A DNA stretch of 64,000 nt from an uncultured Gemmatimonadales bacterium (GTDB taxonomy: Bacteria > Gemmatimonadota > Gemmatimonadetes > Longimicrobiales > RSA9), in the NCBI GenBank assembly GCA_963798845.1, contig CAWCUS010000002.1, positions 352,001 to 416,000 of the forward strand. Reading direction: 5' to 3'. Position 1 is the first letter of the stretch. Each line of letters begins with the position of its first letter. Positions 18,104-29,095 of this stretch are shown here, piece by piece. Position numbers and translations under genes: made by a program. The notes under the pieces are model-generated. The model was given only the letters and a program-made list of their open reading frames with translations, made no database searches and was not told the origin of the DNA.

Positions 18104-20372
18104 AACCCTGGTGATCGTGGAGTCGCCCGCGAAGGCGAGGACCATCGCGAAGTACCTGGGGTCCGGGTATTCCGTGAAGGCGTCCGTGGGCCACGTCCGC
18201 GATCTCCCGGTGCATGAGCTGGGCGTGGACGTGGAAGCCGGATTCGAGCCGCACTACGTCACCATCCGCGGCAAGGGGAAGGTCCTGCGAGAGCTGGCTG
18301 CGGCAGCCCGCGGCGCCGATCGCGTGCTCCTGGCAACGGATCCCGACCGCGAGGGGGAGGCCATCGCGTTCCACGTGGCGGAGGCGCTCGGGCTGGCCTC
18401 GAGCGCCTCCGACGGGCGTCTGCGGCGCATCCGGTTCCACGAGATCACCCGCGATGCAGTGCAGCGGGCCCTGGCCGCGCCGGAGCGGCTGGACATGCGG
18501 AAGGTCGAGGCGCAGCAGGCGAGGCGGATCCTCGATCGGCTCGTCGGCTATCAGGTGAGCCCCATGCTGTGGAAGCCGATACGCCGCGGGCTGAGCGCGG
18601 GCCGCGTCCAGACGGTCGCGCTCCGCCTCGTCACCGAGCGCGAGGACGAGATCCGCGGGTTCACTCCCCGCGAATACTGGTCGGTGACCGCCCTGCTCTC
18701 GGCGCGGGGCCAGGAGTTCAAGGCCAAGCTCCACAGGATCGACGGCCGCGACTTCACCATCGCCAGCGCGGAAGCCGCCCGGGAGGTGATCGACGACGTG
18801 CGCGGCGTCCCCTTCATCGTCGACGCTGTCGAGCGCCGGGAGCGCACCCGGAACCCGCCCGCGCCGTTCACCACCTCCACCCTCCAGCAGGAGGCGGCGA
18901 AGCGGCTCGGCTTCGATGCCCGCCGGACCATGCGCGTGGCGCAGGCGCTGTACGAGGGCGTGGAGCTGGGCGATGGAGCGGCCGGGCTCATCACGTACAT
19001 GCGCACGGACTCCACTCGCGTCGCGCCGTCCGCGGCCGGCGCGGCGAGGGCGTTCCTCCAGAAGCGGTTCGGGGATCGCTACGTCCCCGCCGCACCCCGG
19101 CTGTGGGCGGGGAAGCAGCAGAAAGGCGCGCAGGAGGCGCACGAGGCGATACGCCCCACCGATCCCGCGCGAACGCCTGAAGCGGTGAGGCGGTATCTCG
19201 ACCGCGACCAGCAAAGGCTCTACGAGCTGGTCTGGCTCCGCTTCATGGCCGGTCAGATGCGCCCCGCCGTATTCGACACCACCGCCGTGGATTTCGACAT
19301 CGGCGGATCCCTGCACCGCTATCATTTCAGGGCCACCGGGTCGGTGATGAAGTTCGATGGCTTCACCCGGCTCTACCAGGACGCGAAGGACGAGGACGAT
19401 GGTGGCGCCCAGCATGACCTCGAGCCGCTCCCGCCGCTGAGCAGGGGCGACGAGGCGGATCTCCGCGAATTCAGCCCCGAGCAGCATTTCACGCAGCCTC
19501 CGCCTCGCTTCACCGAAGCCACGCTGGTCCGCGAGATGGAGCGGCTCGGAATCGGACGCCCTTCCACCTACGCCCAGACCCTCTCCACGCTGCGCGACCG
19601 GAAGTACGTGGAAATGGAGCGGAAGCGGTTCGTCCCCACTGCGCTCGGCGAGACCGTGGCCAAGCTGCTCGTCCGCATCTTCCCGGACCTCTTCGACGTG
19701 GGGTTCACCAGCGAGATGGAGCAGGAGCTGGACCGGATCGAGGATGGGGATCTGGATTGGCGCACGGTCCTCGGTGCGTTCTACGGGCCGTTCCGGCGCC
19801 AGCTGGAGCACGGGCGCGCGAGCGGCGCCGAGGTCGTGCGGTCCGTCCTCCAGCTTCCGGACCAGGAGTGTCCCGAGTGCGGGAAACCGCTCACCGTGCG
19901 CTGGAATCGGGCGGGCCGCTTCGTGGCGTGCACGGGCTTCCCGGCCTGCACGTACACGCGCCCGCTCGAGGGCGAGGCGCGTGCGGCGCCCGAGCGCACG
20001 GGAGAGGTGTGCCCCGAATGCGGTGGTGACCTCCTCCGGCGAACCGGTCGCTTCGGCCCCTTCATCGGATGCGCCAACCACCCGAAATGCCGGTACACGC
20101 GCGGCGCAACGATCCCGGACATGGCGTGCCCGAAGTGCGGAATGGGAGGGGTCGGGGAGAAGAGGACGCGGCGGGGCCGGAGCTTCTGGGGGTGCACGCG
20201 CTACCCCGAGTGCGACTGGACCTCGTGGGACCGCCCGGTCCCCGTTGAGTGCCCCGCGTGCGGCGCTCCCTTCCTCCTGGCGAAGACCAGCCGGGCCAGG
20301 GGCGAGTTCTACCGCTGTGTCTCCTGCCGTTCGGAGATGGCGCCGGCGAATGTCGAAGCGGGAGTGAGCTGA
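18087..20372 (+). CDS. topA: DNA topoisomerase I with C-terminal zinc ribbons
   Basis: VESPAKA, ATDPDREGEAI, SAGRVQ, LITYMRTDS and repeated CPxCG motifs. Confidence 0.97.
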   Translation: MMSERRTLVIVESPAKARTIAKYLGSGYSVKASVGHVRDLPVHELGVDVEAGFEPHYVTIRGKGKVLRELAAAARGADRVLLATDPDREGEAIAFHVAEALGLASSASDGRLRRIRFHEITRDAVQRALAAPERLDMRKVEAQQARRILDRLVGYQVSPMLWKPIRRGLSAGRVQTVALRLVTEREDEIRGFTPREYWSVTALLSARGQEFKAKLHRIDGRDFTIASAEAAREVIDDVRGVPFIVDAVERRERTRNPPAPFTTSTLQQEAAKRLGFDARRTMRVAQALYEGVELGDGAAGLITYMRTDSTRVAPSAAGAARAFLQKRFGDRYVPAAPRLWAGKQQKGAQEAHEAIRPTDPARTPEAVRRYLDRDQQRLYELVWLRFMAGQMRPAVFDTTAVDFDIGGSLHRYHFRATGSVMKFDGFTRLYQDAKDEDDGGAQHDLEPLPPLSRGDEADLREFSPEQHFTQPPPRFTEATLVREMERLGIGRPSTYAQTLSTLRDRKYVEMERKRFVPTALGETVAKLLVRIFPDLFDVGFTSEMEQELDRIEDGDLDWRTVLGAFYGPFRRQLEHGRASGAEVVRSVLQLPDQECPECGKPLTVRWNRAGRFVACTGFPACTYTRPLEGEARAAPERTGEVCPECGGDLLRRTGRFGPFIGCANHPKCRYTRGATIPDMACPKCGMGGVGEKRTRRGRSFWGCTRYPECDWTSWDRPVPVECPACGAPFLLAKTSRARGEFYRCVSCRSEMAPANVEAGVS

Positions 20373-20373
20373 G

Positions 20374-21717
20374 ATGTCGAGCGTCACCGTGATCGGAGGA
20401 GGGCTCGCCGGCTGCGAGGCCGCCTGGCAGCTGGCGGAGCGCGGCCACGACGTCGCCCTCGTCGAGATGCGTCCCGTGCAGGGCACCGAGGCGCACCAGA
20501 CCGACCGACTGGCCGAGCTCGTGTGCACCAACTCCTTCAAGAGCGAGGAGCTCGGCAACGCCCACGGGCTGCTCAAGGCCGAGATGCGCGACCTCGGCTC
20601 TCTCCTCCTCGCCTGCGCGGATCAGACCCGTGTCCCCGCCGGCGCCGCGCTCGCCGTGGATCGCATCCGCTTTTCCGAGCGGATGACGGCGGCGATGGGG
20701 ACTCACCCGCGCATCAGCGTGGAGCGGCGCGAGGTCACGACAATCCCCGAGAGCCCGGCGGTGGTGGCCACCGGACCCCTGACGTCGGACGCGCTCACGG
20801 GCCAGATCCGGGACCTTCTCGGCGACGAAGGCCTCGCCTTCTACGACTCCATCGCGCCCATCGTGTCCTTCGACTCCATCGACATGGACCGGGCATGGCT
20901 CGCCTCGAGGTGGGGCAAGGGGGAAGGCGACGACTACCTGAACTGCCCCATGGATCGAAGGCAGTACGAGGCATTCGTCCACGCGCTGCGCGAAGCCGAC
21001 ACATACCCGGGCCACGACTGGGAGAACGTTCCGTTCTTCGAGGGCTGCCTGCCCGTGGAAGTCATGGCGGAGCGTGGCGTGGACACCCTTCGCTACGGGC
21101 CCATGAAGCCGATCGGGCTGCCCGATCCTCGCACCGGCCGGGATCCCTGGGCGGTGGTCCAGCTGCGGCGCGAGGACCGCACGGGGCAGATGTGGAACAT
21201 GGTCGGGTTTCAGACGCGACTCCGCACCGGCGAGCAGCGGCGGGTCTTCCGCATGATCCCGGGACTCGAGGAGGCGGAGTTCTTCCGCACGGGCTCCATT
21301 CACCGCAACACGTACCTGAACTTCCCGGCCCGGCTCACCGGCTGCGGCGCGCCGGCAGCCCGCCCGGACCTGATCTTCGCCGGCCAGCTCACGGGGGTGG
21401 AGGGGTACACCGAGTCGGCAGCATCCGGGATCGTGGCCGGCATCAACATGGACCGCATGCTCTCGGGCGCAGAGCCCGCGCTCCCTCCCCCGACCACCAT
21501 GATCGGTGGCCTCTTCCGTTATCTGCGCGAAGCCGACCCGGGAGCGTTCCAGCCCATGAATTCCAATTTCGGGCTCCTCGACCCGCTCCAGGAACGGGTC
21601 CGCCGGAAGCGGGAGAAGCGCGAGAAGATGGTGGAGCGCGCGCGCCTGGATTTCGCCGCGTGGCTCGCGGAGGCGGGCGTCGAGCCCGTCAGCGCGTCGG
21701 CCTGGACGGGCGCGTGA
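20374..21717 (+). CDS. trmFO: Folate/FAD-dependent tRNA m5U54 methyltransferase
   Basis: GGGLAGCEAA, ELVCTNSF, GPMKP, VGFQT, AGQLTGVEGY and FQPMNSNFG motifs. Confidence 0.96.
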   Translation: MSSVTVIGGGLAGCEAAWQLAERGHDVALVEMRPVQGTEAHQTDRLAELVCTNSFKSEELGNAHGLLKAEMRDLGSLLLACADQTRVPAGAALAVDRIRFSERMTAAMGTHPRISVERREVTTIPESPAVVATGPLTSDALTGQIRDLLGDEGLAFYDSIAPIVSFDSIDMDRAWLASRWGKGEGDDYLNCPMDRRQYEAFVHALREADTYPGHDWENVPFFEGCLPVEVMAERGVDTLRYGPMKPIGLPDPRTGRDPWAVVQLRREDRTGQMWNMVGFQTRLRTGEQRRVFRMIPGLEEAEFFRTGSIHRNTYLNFPARLTGCGAPAARPDLIFAGQLTGVEGYTESAASGIVAGINMDRMLSGAEPALPPPTTMIGGLFRYLREADPGAFQPMNSNFGLLDPLQERVRRKREKREKMVERARLDFAAWLAEAGVEPVSASAWTGA

Positions 21718-22652
21718 CGGCGCCGGATCGAGGTACCGGTCCGGCCGGCGGCGCGATGCACGACTACCTCCGCTACATCGAGGAAGGGCGGCAGCTCAGC
21801 CTTCACACGGTCGCGGCGTACCGTCGCGACCTGGCGCAGTTCCGGGACTGGATGGACACGCAGCGGGAGGGTTGGGGCTGGGGCGACATCGACCGCCTCG
21901 ATCTCCGATCCTACCTCGGCTACCTCGCCCGTGCCAGCCTCGCCCGCCGCACCATCGCGCGCAAGCTCTCCGCCGTCCGCTCCTTCTTCCGCTGGCTCCA
22001 CCGCGAGGGGGTGTTGGACGGGAACCCCGCGCGCACGGTGCGCTCGCCCAAGCTCGACCGGAAGCTCCCCGGCTGGCTCACCCGCAGCGACATGGACCGG
22101 CTCTTCGTCCTGGCGGAGAACCGGGCCGCAGAAGGGACCTTCCGCGGGCTCCGCGACCTGGCCATCCTGGAGACGTTCTACGCCACCGGGATGCGCCTCT
22201 CCGAGCTCCAGGGCCTCGACCTTCGCGACGTCGACCGGATCAGCGATCAGGTCAAGGTCAGAGGCAAGGGGCGGAAGGAGCGGATCGTGCCGCTCGGGAA
22301 GTCCGCCGGCATCGCCATCCGCCGCTACGAGCCCCGCCGCCTCGCGGCCATCCGCGCCGGCTCTCGCCCCGACCGCGACGCCCTCTTCGTCGGCGACACG
22401 GGCCGACGCCTTTCCACTCGCCGCATCCAGGACATCGTCGGCGAGTTCCTCGACGCCGTGGCCGACGCTGGCGAGCTGTCCACCCACTCGCTCCGCCACT
22501 CCTTCGCCACGCACCTGCTCGACGCGGGCGCCGACCTGATGGCCGTGAAGGAGCTGCTGGGCCATGCGTCGCTTTCGACTACCCGCATCTACACGCATAC
22601 TTCCAAGGAGCGCCTCAGGCAGGTCTACCGCGACGCACACCCGCGCGCGTGA
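21714..22652 (+). CDS. xerC: Tyrosine recombinase XerC
   Basis: TGMRLSEL, GKG.KERIVP, HSLRHSFATHLL, LLGHASLSTT.IY. Housekeeping context trmFO-xerC-hslVU. Confidence 0.9.
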   Translation: MTAPDRGTGPAGGAMHDYLRYIEEGRQLSLHTVAAYRRDLAQFRDWMDTQREGWGWGDIDRLDLRSYLGYLARASLARRTIARKLSAVRSFFRWLHREGVLDGNPARTVRSPKLDRKLPGWLTRSDMDRLFVLAENRAAEGTFRGLRDLAILETFYATGMRLSELQGLDLRDVDRISDQVKVRGKGRKERIVPLGKSAGIAIRRYEPRRLAAIRAGSRPDRDALFVGDTGRRLSTRRIQDIVGEFLDAVADAGELSTHSLRHSFATHLLDAGADLMAVKELLGHASLSTTRIYTHTSKERLRQVYRDAHPRA

Positions 22653-22697
22653 AACCTCAGGGCGGAACAGCGGACCGGTGAGGGGTACAGGGAAGAG

Positions 22698-23252
22698 ATG
22701 AGCGAGTTCGAGTTCCACGCCACCACGATCGTGGCGGCGCGCCATGGTGGCCGGGTCGCCCTGGGCGGCGACGGTCAGGTCACGCTCGGCGACACGGTCA
22801 TGAAGGCCGGCGCCCGCAAGGTCCGAAAGCTCCGCGACGGCAAGATCCTCGCCGGCTTCGCCGGCTCCGTCGCCGACGCGTTCACCCTCTTCGAGAAGTT
22901 CGAGGAGAAGCTGGAGCGCTATCCCGGCAATCTCCCCCGCGCCGTAGTCGAGCTCGCCAAGGACTGGCGCACCGATCGCTTCCTGCGGCGCCTCGAAGCG
23001 CTGCTGGCAGTCGCGGACGAGGAGCGGCTCTTCGTCGTCAGCGGGGATGGCAACGTCATCGAGCCGGACGACGAGATCGCCGCCATCGGCAGCGGCGGCC
23101 CCTACGCCCTCGCCGCCGCGCGGGCGTTCCGCGAGCGCGACGATCTGTCCGCCGCCGACATCGTGCGACGCTCCCTCGAGATCGCCGCCGACATCTGCAT
23201 CTACACGAATCGGAACATCACCGTCCTCGAGCTGGACGGATCCAAGGAATGA
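22698..23252 (+). CDS. hslV: ATP-dependent protease subunit HslV
   Basis: TTI nucleophile, [19 protein letters not shown]. Confidence 0.97.
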   Translation: MSEFEFHATTIVAARHGGRVALGGDGQVTLGDTVMKAGARKVRKLRDGKILAGFAGSVADAFTLFEKFEEKLERYPGNLPRAVVELAKDWRTDRFLRRLEALLAVADEERLFVVSGDGNVIEPDDEIAAIGSGGPYALAAARAFRERDDLSAADIVRRSLEIAADICIYTNRNITVLELDGSKE

Positions 23253-24778
23253 GCCAGGATACCATCACCACCGACGACGACCGGACCGAGAGCGACGCCA
23301 CTCCCCCGGCTGGCCCGCCGGGGAACGTGACAGACAACCCCGCGCCCGGCGCGGGCCAGTGGCTCGACGAGCTCACGCCGCGCCAGATCGTGGCGGAGCT
23401 CGACACGTACATCGTCGGGCAGGACGCGGCGAAGAAGGCCGTGGCCATCGCGCTCCGCAACCGCTGGAGACGGCAGCAGGCGCCCGAGGATCTCCGCGAG
23501 GAGATCATGCCCAACAACATCATCATGATCGGGCCCACCGGAGTGGGGAAGACGGAGATCGCCCGCCGGCTCGCCCGCCTCGCCGGTGCCCCGTTCGTGA
23601 AGGTGGAGGCGTCCAAGTTCACCGAGGTCGGCTACGTCGGACGGGACGTCGAGTCCATCGTCCGCGACCTCGTGGACGTGGCCGTGAACATGGTGCGCGA
23701 CGAGCGGGAAGCCGACGTCGAGGCCCAGGCGCAGGAGGCGGTGGAGGAGCGCCTGCTCGACCTGCTGCTTCCCCCGGTGGCTGAAGGAGCCCCGCGCGAG
23801 GAGGGGGAGGGGGCCAGCGTGCGGGCGTTCGTCGTCGGCTCGTCGGGCCCGGCCGAAGAGACCCAGTCGGAGTCGCCGACCGTGTCCGACCGGCGGCAGC
23901 GGACGCGCGAGAAGCTGCGGACCCTGCTCCGCGACGGGAAGCTCGAGGAGCGCAACGTGGACGTGGAAGTCACGCAGTCCGCCTCCATCGACGGGATGAT
24001 GCTCCCGATGGGCGGAGGCATGGACGGGATGGATTTCAACTTCACCGAGATGCTCCAGGACATGCTCCCCAAGCGGAAAAAGCGCCGCACGGTGAGCATC
24101 TCGGAAGCCCGCCGGATCCTGATCCAGGACGAGCTCGACCGGCTGGTCGACATGGACGAGGTCGTCAACGAAGCGCTCGACCGCACCGAGGACATGGGCA
24201 TCGTCTTCCTGGACGAGATCGACAAGGTGATCGGCCAGCGGGGCGGCGCCGGGCCCGATGTGTCCCGCGAAGGAGTCCAGCGCGACCTCCTCCCCATTGT
24301 CGAGGGGAGCACCGTCCAGACCAAGTACGGCATCGTCCGCACCGACCACGTCCTGTTCGTCGCGGCCGGCGCGTTCCACGTGGCCAAGCCGAGCGAGATG
24401 ATCCCGGAGCTCCAGGGACGGTTCCCGATCCGCGTCGAGCTCTCGCCGCTCACGGAGAAAGACTTCGTCCGTATCCTTCAGGAGCCGAAGAACGCCCTGG
24501 TCCGGCAGTACCAGGCCCTGGTCGCATCCGAGAACGTCCAGCTGGACTTCGCCGAGGACGCCATCCACGAGATCGCCCGCATCGCCGCGGACGTGAACGA
24601 GCGCATGGAGAACATCGGCGCCCGGCGGCTGCACACCGTAATGACGACCCTGCTCGAGGAGCTGCTGTTCGAGCTCCCCGACGGACGGGAAAGCTCCGTC
24701 CATGTGGACGCAGCGATGGTCCGCGAGCGCCTGCGCGAGATCGTGGAGGACGACGACCTGCGGCGCTACATCCTGTAG
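23249..24778 (+). CDS. hslU: ATP-dependent protease ATPase subunit HslU
   Basis: [29 protein letters not shown]-terminal RYIL. Confidence 0.97.
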   Translation: MSQDTITTDDDRTESDATPPAGPPGNVTDNPAPGAGQWLDELTPRQIVAELDTYIVGQDAAKKAVAIALRNRWRRQQAPEDLREEIMPNNIIMIGPTGVGKTEIARRLARLAGAPFVKVEASKFTEVGYVGRDVESIVRDLVDVAVNMVRDEREADVEAQAQEAVEERLLDLLLPPVAEGAPREEGEGASVRAFVVGSSGPAEETQSESPTVSDRRQRTREKLRTLLRDGKLEERNVDVEVTQSASIDGMMLPMGGGMDGMDFNFTEMLQDMLPKRKKRRTVSISEARRILIQDELDRLVDMDEVVNEALDRTEDMGIVFLDEIDKVIGQRGGAGPDVSREGVQRDLLPIVEGSTVQTKYGIVRTDHVLFVAAGAFHVAKPSEMIPELQGRFPIRVELSPLTEKDFVRILQEPKNALVRQYQALVASENVQLDFAEDAIHEIARIAADVNERMENIGARRLHTVMTTLLEELLFELPDGRESSVHVDAAMVRERLREIVEDDDLRRYIL

Positions 24779-24984
24779 ACGCCGGTCCGGCTGCGGGTGC
24801 GGCGCGCGTCCCTCCGCCGTGACATCCCTTCCCGGTGCGGCGCGGGACACAGCCTCGCGCCTGCGGAACGACGCCCCCCCGCGGCGGCACGCGGCGTCCT
24901 GCGCCCCGCCGGTTGCCGTCCTCCACGCCGCCCGGCTAGTTTCACCCACCTGCAATTCTGGCGCGAATACCTGCATGGGGGCGC

Positions 24985-25893
24985 ATGGCCAATACACGAC
25001 ATTTTCTCGCCATCCCGGACTTCGAAACGGACGAGCTGTACGCTCTCCTCGACCTGGCCCGACGCCTCAAGTCGGGGGAGGAGACGGGGAAGCCGCTGGC
25101 GGGCAAGACACTGGGCATGATCTTTCAGAAGAGCTCCACGCGCACCCGCGTCTCCTTCGAAGCGGGTATGTACCAGCTGGGCGGGTACGCGCTCTTCCTT
25201 TCCGCCCGCGACCTCCAGCTCGGCCGCGGCGAGCCCATCAAGGACACGGCGCGCGTGCTCTCGCGCTACCTCAATGGCATCATGATCCGCACCTTCGACC
25301 AGAACGACCTGGTCGAGCTGGCGCACTACGGCACCATCCCGATCATCAACGGGCTGACCGATCTCCTGCACCCGTGCCAGGTCGTTGCCGATGTCATGAC
25401 GGTCCAGGAAGCGTTCGGCCGGGATCTGGCGGGGCGGAAGGTCGCCTGGATCGGGGACGGCAACAACATGGCCAACTCGTGGCTGAATGCCGCCTACCGC
25501 TTCGGCCTCGAGGTTCGCATCGCCACGCCCGCGGGGTACGAGCCGAACCAGGACATCTATGACCGCGCCCGCACGGCGGCGACGGTCATGCTCACGCACG
25601 ACCCGATGGAAGCGGCCGACGGTGCCGACGTGGTCACCACCGACGTATGGGCGTCCATGGGCCAGGAAGCGGAGCAGGAGAAGCGAATGGCCGCGTTCCG
25701 GGGCTTCCAGGTGAACGCGGACGTGATGGCGGCCGCTAGTGAGGCCGCCATCTTCCTGCACTGCCTCCCCGCCCACCGCGGCGAGGAGGTGACCGAAGAC
25801 GTCTTCGAGGGTGGTCGGTCCCGCGTGTTCGATGAGGCGGAGAACCGGCTGCACGCCCAGAAGGCGATCATGATCGAGCTCATGGGAGTTTGA
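24985..25893 (+). CDS. argF: Ornithine carbamoyltransferase
   Basis: SSTRTR, HPCQ, SMG and HCLP motifs. Confidence 0.95.
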   Translation: MANTRHFLAIPDFETDELYALLDLARRLKSGEETGKPLAGKTLGMIFQKSSTRTRVSFEAGMYQLGGYALFLSARDLQLGRGEPIKDTARVLSRYLNGIMIRTFDQNDLVELAHYGTIPIINGLTDLLHPCQVVADVMTVQEAFGRDLAGRKVAWIGDGNNMANSWLNAAYRFGLEVRIATPAGYEPNQDIYDRARTAATVMLTHDPMEAADGADVVTTDVWASMGQEAEQEKRMAAFRGFQVNADVMAAASEAAIFLHCLPAHRGEEVTEDVFEGGRSRVFDEAENRLHAQKAIMIELMGV

Positions 25894-25894
25894 A

Positions 25895-27007
25895 ATGGCT
25901 GATGAAGCGCTGAAGCATACACCGCTCCACGAGGAGCACGTCGCCCTGAACGGCAAATTGGTCCCGTTCGCGGGCTACGCCATGCCGGTCCAGTACCCGA
26001 CGGGGATCGTCAGGGAGCACAACGCGGTCCGCGAAGCCGCCGGGCTGTTCGACGTGTCGCACATGGGCGAGTTCGACGTCCGCGGCCCGGAGGCTGACGC
26101 GTTCGTGCGCCACATGATCACGAACGACACGCTCCGGATGGTGCCCGGGCAGGCCCAGTACAACGTCATCTGCAACCCCGACGGTTACGCCCTGGACGAC
26201 TGCATCGTCTACCGGTTCGCGGACCACTGGATGGTCGTGGTGAACGCGGCCAACCTGGACAAGGACCGCGCCTGGTTCGAGACGGCCGCCAAGGGCTACG
26301 ACGTCGCGTTCACCGACCTCTCCGACGACGTTGGGCTAGTCGCGCTCCAGGGGCCGAAATCACAGAAGATCCTGGCGAAGCTCACGGACGCCGACCTCGA
26401 CGCCATCCGCTTCTATCACTTCGGTCCCGGCTCCGTCGCCGGGAAGAACGCCATCATCAGCCGCACCGGCTACACCGGGGAGGACGGCTTCGAGCTGTAT
26501 CTCGATGCGGCCGACACCGCGCACGTCTGGCGCGAGCTGCTCGCCGCCGGCGAAGCCGACGGTCTGATCCCCGCGGGGCTCGGCGCCCGCGACTCGCTTC
26601 GCCTCGAGGTCGGCTACATCCTCTACGGGAATGACCTGGACGAGCGCCGCACCCCGCTCGAAGCCGGGCTCGGCTGGGCGGTCAAGCTGGATGGCGAGGA
26701 CTTCATCGGTCGCGACGCCCTCAAGCGCCAGAAGGAACAGGGGCTGACCGAGAAGCTGGTGGGCTTCGTCCTCCAGGAGAAGGGGTTCCCGCGCCAGCAC
26801 TACGAGGTCCGCTACGAGGGCGAGCCGGCCGGCGAGGTCACCAGCGGCGTGCTCAGCCACTCCACCGGCAAGGGCGTGGGGATGGCCTATGTCCCCGCCG
26901 AGGCGGCGAAGCCGGGCACCCGGATCGACGTGGTGATCCGCGACCGCGCAATCCCCGCGGAGGTGGTGCGCCCGCCGTTCTACACCGAAGGGTCGGTGCG
27001 ACGCTGA
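25895..27007 (+). CDS. gcvT: Glycine cleavage system aminomethyltransferase T
   Basis: FDVSHMG, SRTGYTGEDGFE and GLGARDSLRLE motifs. Confidence 0.96.
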   Translation: MADEALKHTPLHEEHVALNGKLVPFAGYAMPVQYPTGIVREHNAVREAAGLFDVSHMGEFDVRGPEADAFVRHMITNDTLRMVPGQAQYNVICNPDGYALDDCIVYRFADHWMVVVNAANLDKDRAWFETAAKGYDVAFTDLSDDVGLVALQGPKSQKILAKLTDADLDAIRFYHFGPGSVAGKNAIISRTGYTGEDGFELYLDAADTAHVWRELLAAGEADGLIPAGLGARDSLRLEVGYILYGNDLDERRTPLEAGLGWAVKLDGEDFIGRDALKRQKEQGLTEKLVGFVLQEKGFPRQHYEVRYEGEPAGEVTSGVLSHSTGKGVGMAYVPAEAAKPGTRIDVVIRDRAIPAEVVRPPFYTEGSVRR

Positions 27008-27018
27008 CCCCGGACGCG

Positions 27019-27522
27019 ATGGCCCCGCTCCGCCTCGCCATCATCACGGTTTCCGACGCCGCGAGCCGCGGCGAGCGGGAGGACGCGAGCGGAGCCGCCA
27101 TTGCGGCATGGGCTGAAGAGCGGGGATACACCCTGGTCCGGACGGACGTGCTGCCCGACGAGCCGGCGCTGGTGCGCGAGCGCCTCGCCGGCCTCGCCGA
27201 CGAGGCGGGCGTCGATCTCGTCCTCACCACCGGCGGCACCGGCTTCACCGAGCGCGACACCACGCCCGAGGCCACCCTCGCCGTCATCGAGCGGGAGGCG
27301 CCCGGGGTCGCGGAAGCCATCCGGCTGGAAGGCGCCGCGAAGACCGCAGCGGCGTGGCTCTCGCGCGGCGTGGCCGGGATCCGGGGGCGGACCATCATCG
27401 TGAACCTGCCCGGCAGCCCGTCCGGCGTCCGCGACGGATTGGCCGTTCTGGACCGCCTGGTCGACCACGCCGTCCAGCTCCTCCGCGGCCGGGACACTCA
27501 CCTGCACCCGCACCATGGCTGA
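27019..27522 (+). CDS. mog: Molybdopterin adenylyltransferase (MogA/MoaB family)
   Basis: ITVSD, TTGGTG..RD.TPEAT, SRG.AG and NLPGS motifs. Confidence 0.88.
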   Translation: MAPLRLAIITVSDAASRGEREDASGAAIAAWAEERGYTLVRTDVLPDEPALVRERLAGLADEAGVDLVLTTGGTGFTERDTTPEATLAVIEREAPGVAEAIRLEGAAKTAAAWLSRGVAGIRGRTIIVNLPGSPSGVRDGLAVLDRLVDHAVQLLRGRDTHLHPHHG

Positions 27523-29095
27523 GCGCGTCCTCGTCACCACCAACGACCTGGAACCGGCCGTCCGGCTGCGGGACGCGTTCGCCGGGCACAAGCTCGCGGT
27601 CGAGCTCCTCACCCCGTCCGAGGAGATCGCCGACATCGAGGAGCCGGCTTTGCTCATCCTCACGGGTGGGCTCGGCACGCGCCGCGCCCGGCGGCTCGCC
27701 GCCGAGGCCGCTGCCCTCGACCGCCTTCCCGTGATAGCGCTGGCGGCGTCGGAGGAAGAGGCGCCGCCTTCGCTGCGCGCGCGCCTCGGCGTGCTCGAGA
27801 CGTTCCTCAAGCCCATCGACCCGGACGAGGTGGCCCTCGCCGGCAAGAGGCTCGTCGAGCGGCGCCGCCTGCGCGCCCTCACGGGCATCATCGGCCAGTC
27901 CGATGCCATCGAGGAGGTGCTGGAGCGCATCACGCAGATGGCGCCCGTAAACTCCAACCTCCTCATCACGGGGGAGAGCGGCAGCGGCAAGGAGCTCGTG
28001 GCTCGGGGCATCCACGTCCTGTCCGCGCGCCGGCATCGGCCGTTCATCGCGGCCAATGTCGCCGCGCTCACCGACACGTTGCTGGAGTCCGAGCTCTTCG
28101 GTCATGAGAAGGGCGCGTTCACCGGCGCCGTGGCGCAGCGGAAGGGCCTCTTCGAGCTTGCCGACCGGGGCACGCTCTTCCTCGACGAGATCGGCGAGAT
28201 GCCGCTGATCACGCAGACCAAGCTCCTGCGCGTGCTGGAGCAGCGCGAGTTCATGCGGGTCGGAGGCGAGCAGCCGATCCGGGTGGACGTGCGGGTGGTC
28301 GCCGCGACGAACCAGCCCCTCCGTCACCTCGTCGAGACCGGCGACTTTCGCCGCGACCTTTACTACCGCCTGAACGTCCTCCACATCGACCTGCCCCCTC
28401 TGCGGGAGCGTCGCGAGGACATCCCCCTGCTGGTCGACGAGTTCATACGCGTCACCGCCTCCGAGCACGACCTGGCGCCCGTGGAGATCAGCCCGGAAGC
28501 GATGGCGCTTCTGATCGAGCACGATTGGCCGGGCAACATCCGCGAGCTGCGCAACCTCATCGAGTCGGTCGTGGTCATGATGCCCGGCCGCACCATCACC
28601 GGCGCCGACATCCCGCCCTCCATCAAGGGCGGCGGTACGCGGCTGCTTCCCGGTCCGCCTCTCCCCCGCGCCAGGGAAGGTGAGGGCGACGAGGGCACCC
28701 GCCCCGCCCTCGAATTCATCTTCCGCATGCTCCTCCAGCTCCGCATGGACGTCGAGGACCTGAAGCGCGGCTTCGAGGAGTACCGCGAGCACCACACGCT
28801 GGAGCCCGCCCGGCTCGCCCTGCCGTACCCGTTTCCGCACCCCGCCGCGTCGCCCGGGCGGGACGTCTCGCCGTTGCCGGACGATGAACTCGACCTGGAC
28901 GCCGAGGAGGACGACCTCGAGGACGAGCGCACGATCGTGTACCGCTCCGGCATGACCATGCGCGAGGTGGAGCGGGAGGCCATCACCGCCGCGCTCAAGG
29001 AGACCGCCGGTAACCGCCGGGAAGCGGCCGAGAAGCTCGGCATCGGCGAGCGCACGCTTTACCGCAAGATCAAGGAATACGGGATACCGCTCTGA
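27515..29095 (+). CDS. sigma54-dependent activator with degenerate (pseudo-)receiver domain
   Basis: [28 protein letters not shown] and a Fis HTH. The N-terminal receiver-like region lacks the acidic pocket and the phospho-Asp. Confidence 0.88.
   Translation: MAERVLVTTNDLEPAVRLRDAFAGHKLAVELLTPSEEIADIEEPALLILTGGLGTRRARRLAAEAAALDRLPVIALAASEEEAPPSLRARLGVLETFLKPIDPDEVALAGKRLVERRRLRALTGIIGQSDAIEEVLERITQMAPVNSNLLITGESGSGKELVARGIHVLSARRHRPFIAANVAALTDTLLESELFGHEKGAFTGAVAQRKGLFELADRGTLFLDEIGEMPLITQTKLLRVLEQREFMRVGGEQPIRVDVRVVAATNQPLRHLVETGDFRRDLYYRLNVLHIDLPPLRERREDIPLLVDEFIRVTASEHDLAPVEISPEAMALLIEHDWPGNIRELRNLIESVVVMMPGRTITGADIPPSIKGGGTRLLPGPPLPRAREGEGDEGTRPALEFIFRMLLQLRMDVEDLKRGFEEYREHHTLEPARLALPYPFPHPAASPGRDVSPLPDDELDLDAEEDDLEDERTIVYRSGMTMREVEREAITAALKETAGNRREAAEKLGIGERTLYRKIKEYGIPL

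Noticed and set aside
17754..20576. 940-aa minus-strand ORF antisense to topA, and similar long ORFs at 6234-8891, 14445-16328, 23201-24997 and 55497-58421
   Set aside because: Shadow ORFs expected from strong GC3 codon bias. They have no recognisable motifs and fully overlap well-supported genes.
21714..22652. Tyrosine recombinase as a possible integrase or mobile element
   Set aside because: It sits in the housekeeping topA-trmFO-xerC-hslVU order also known from Bacillus. No att sites, cargo or dif site were seen.
24779..24984. Glycine riboswitch or ARG boxes ahead of argF-gcvT
   Set aside because: No glycine aptamer motifs, and the ARG-box resemblance is too weak. Only a possible TTGCCG-N18-TAGTTT promoter is present.
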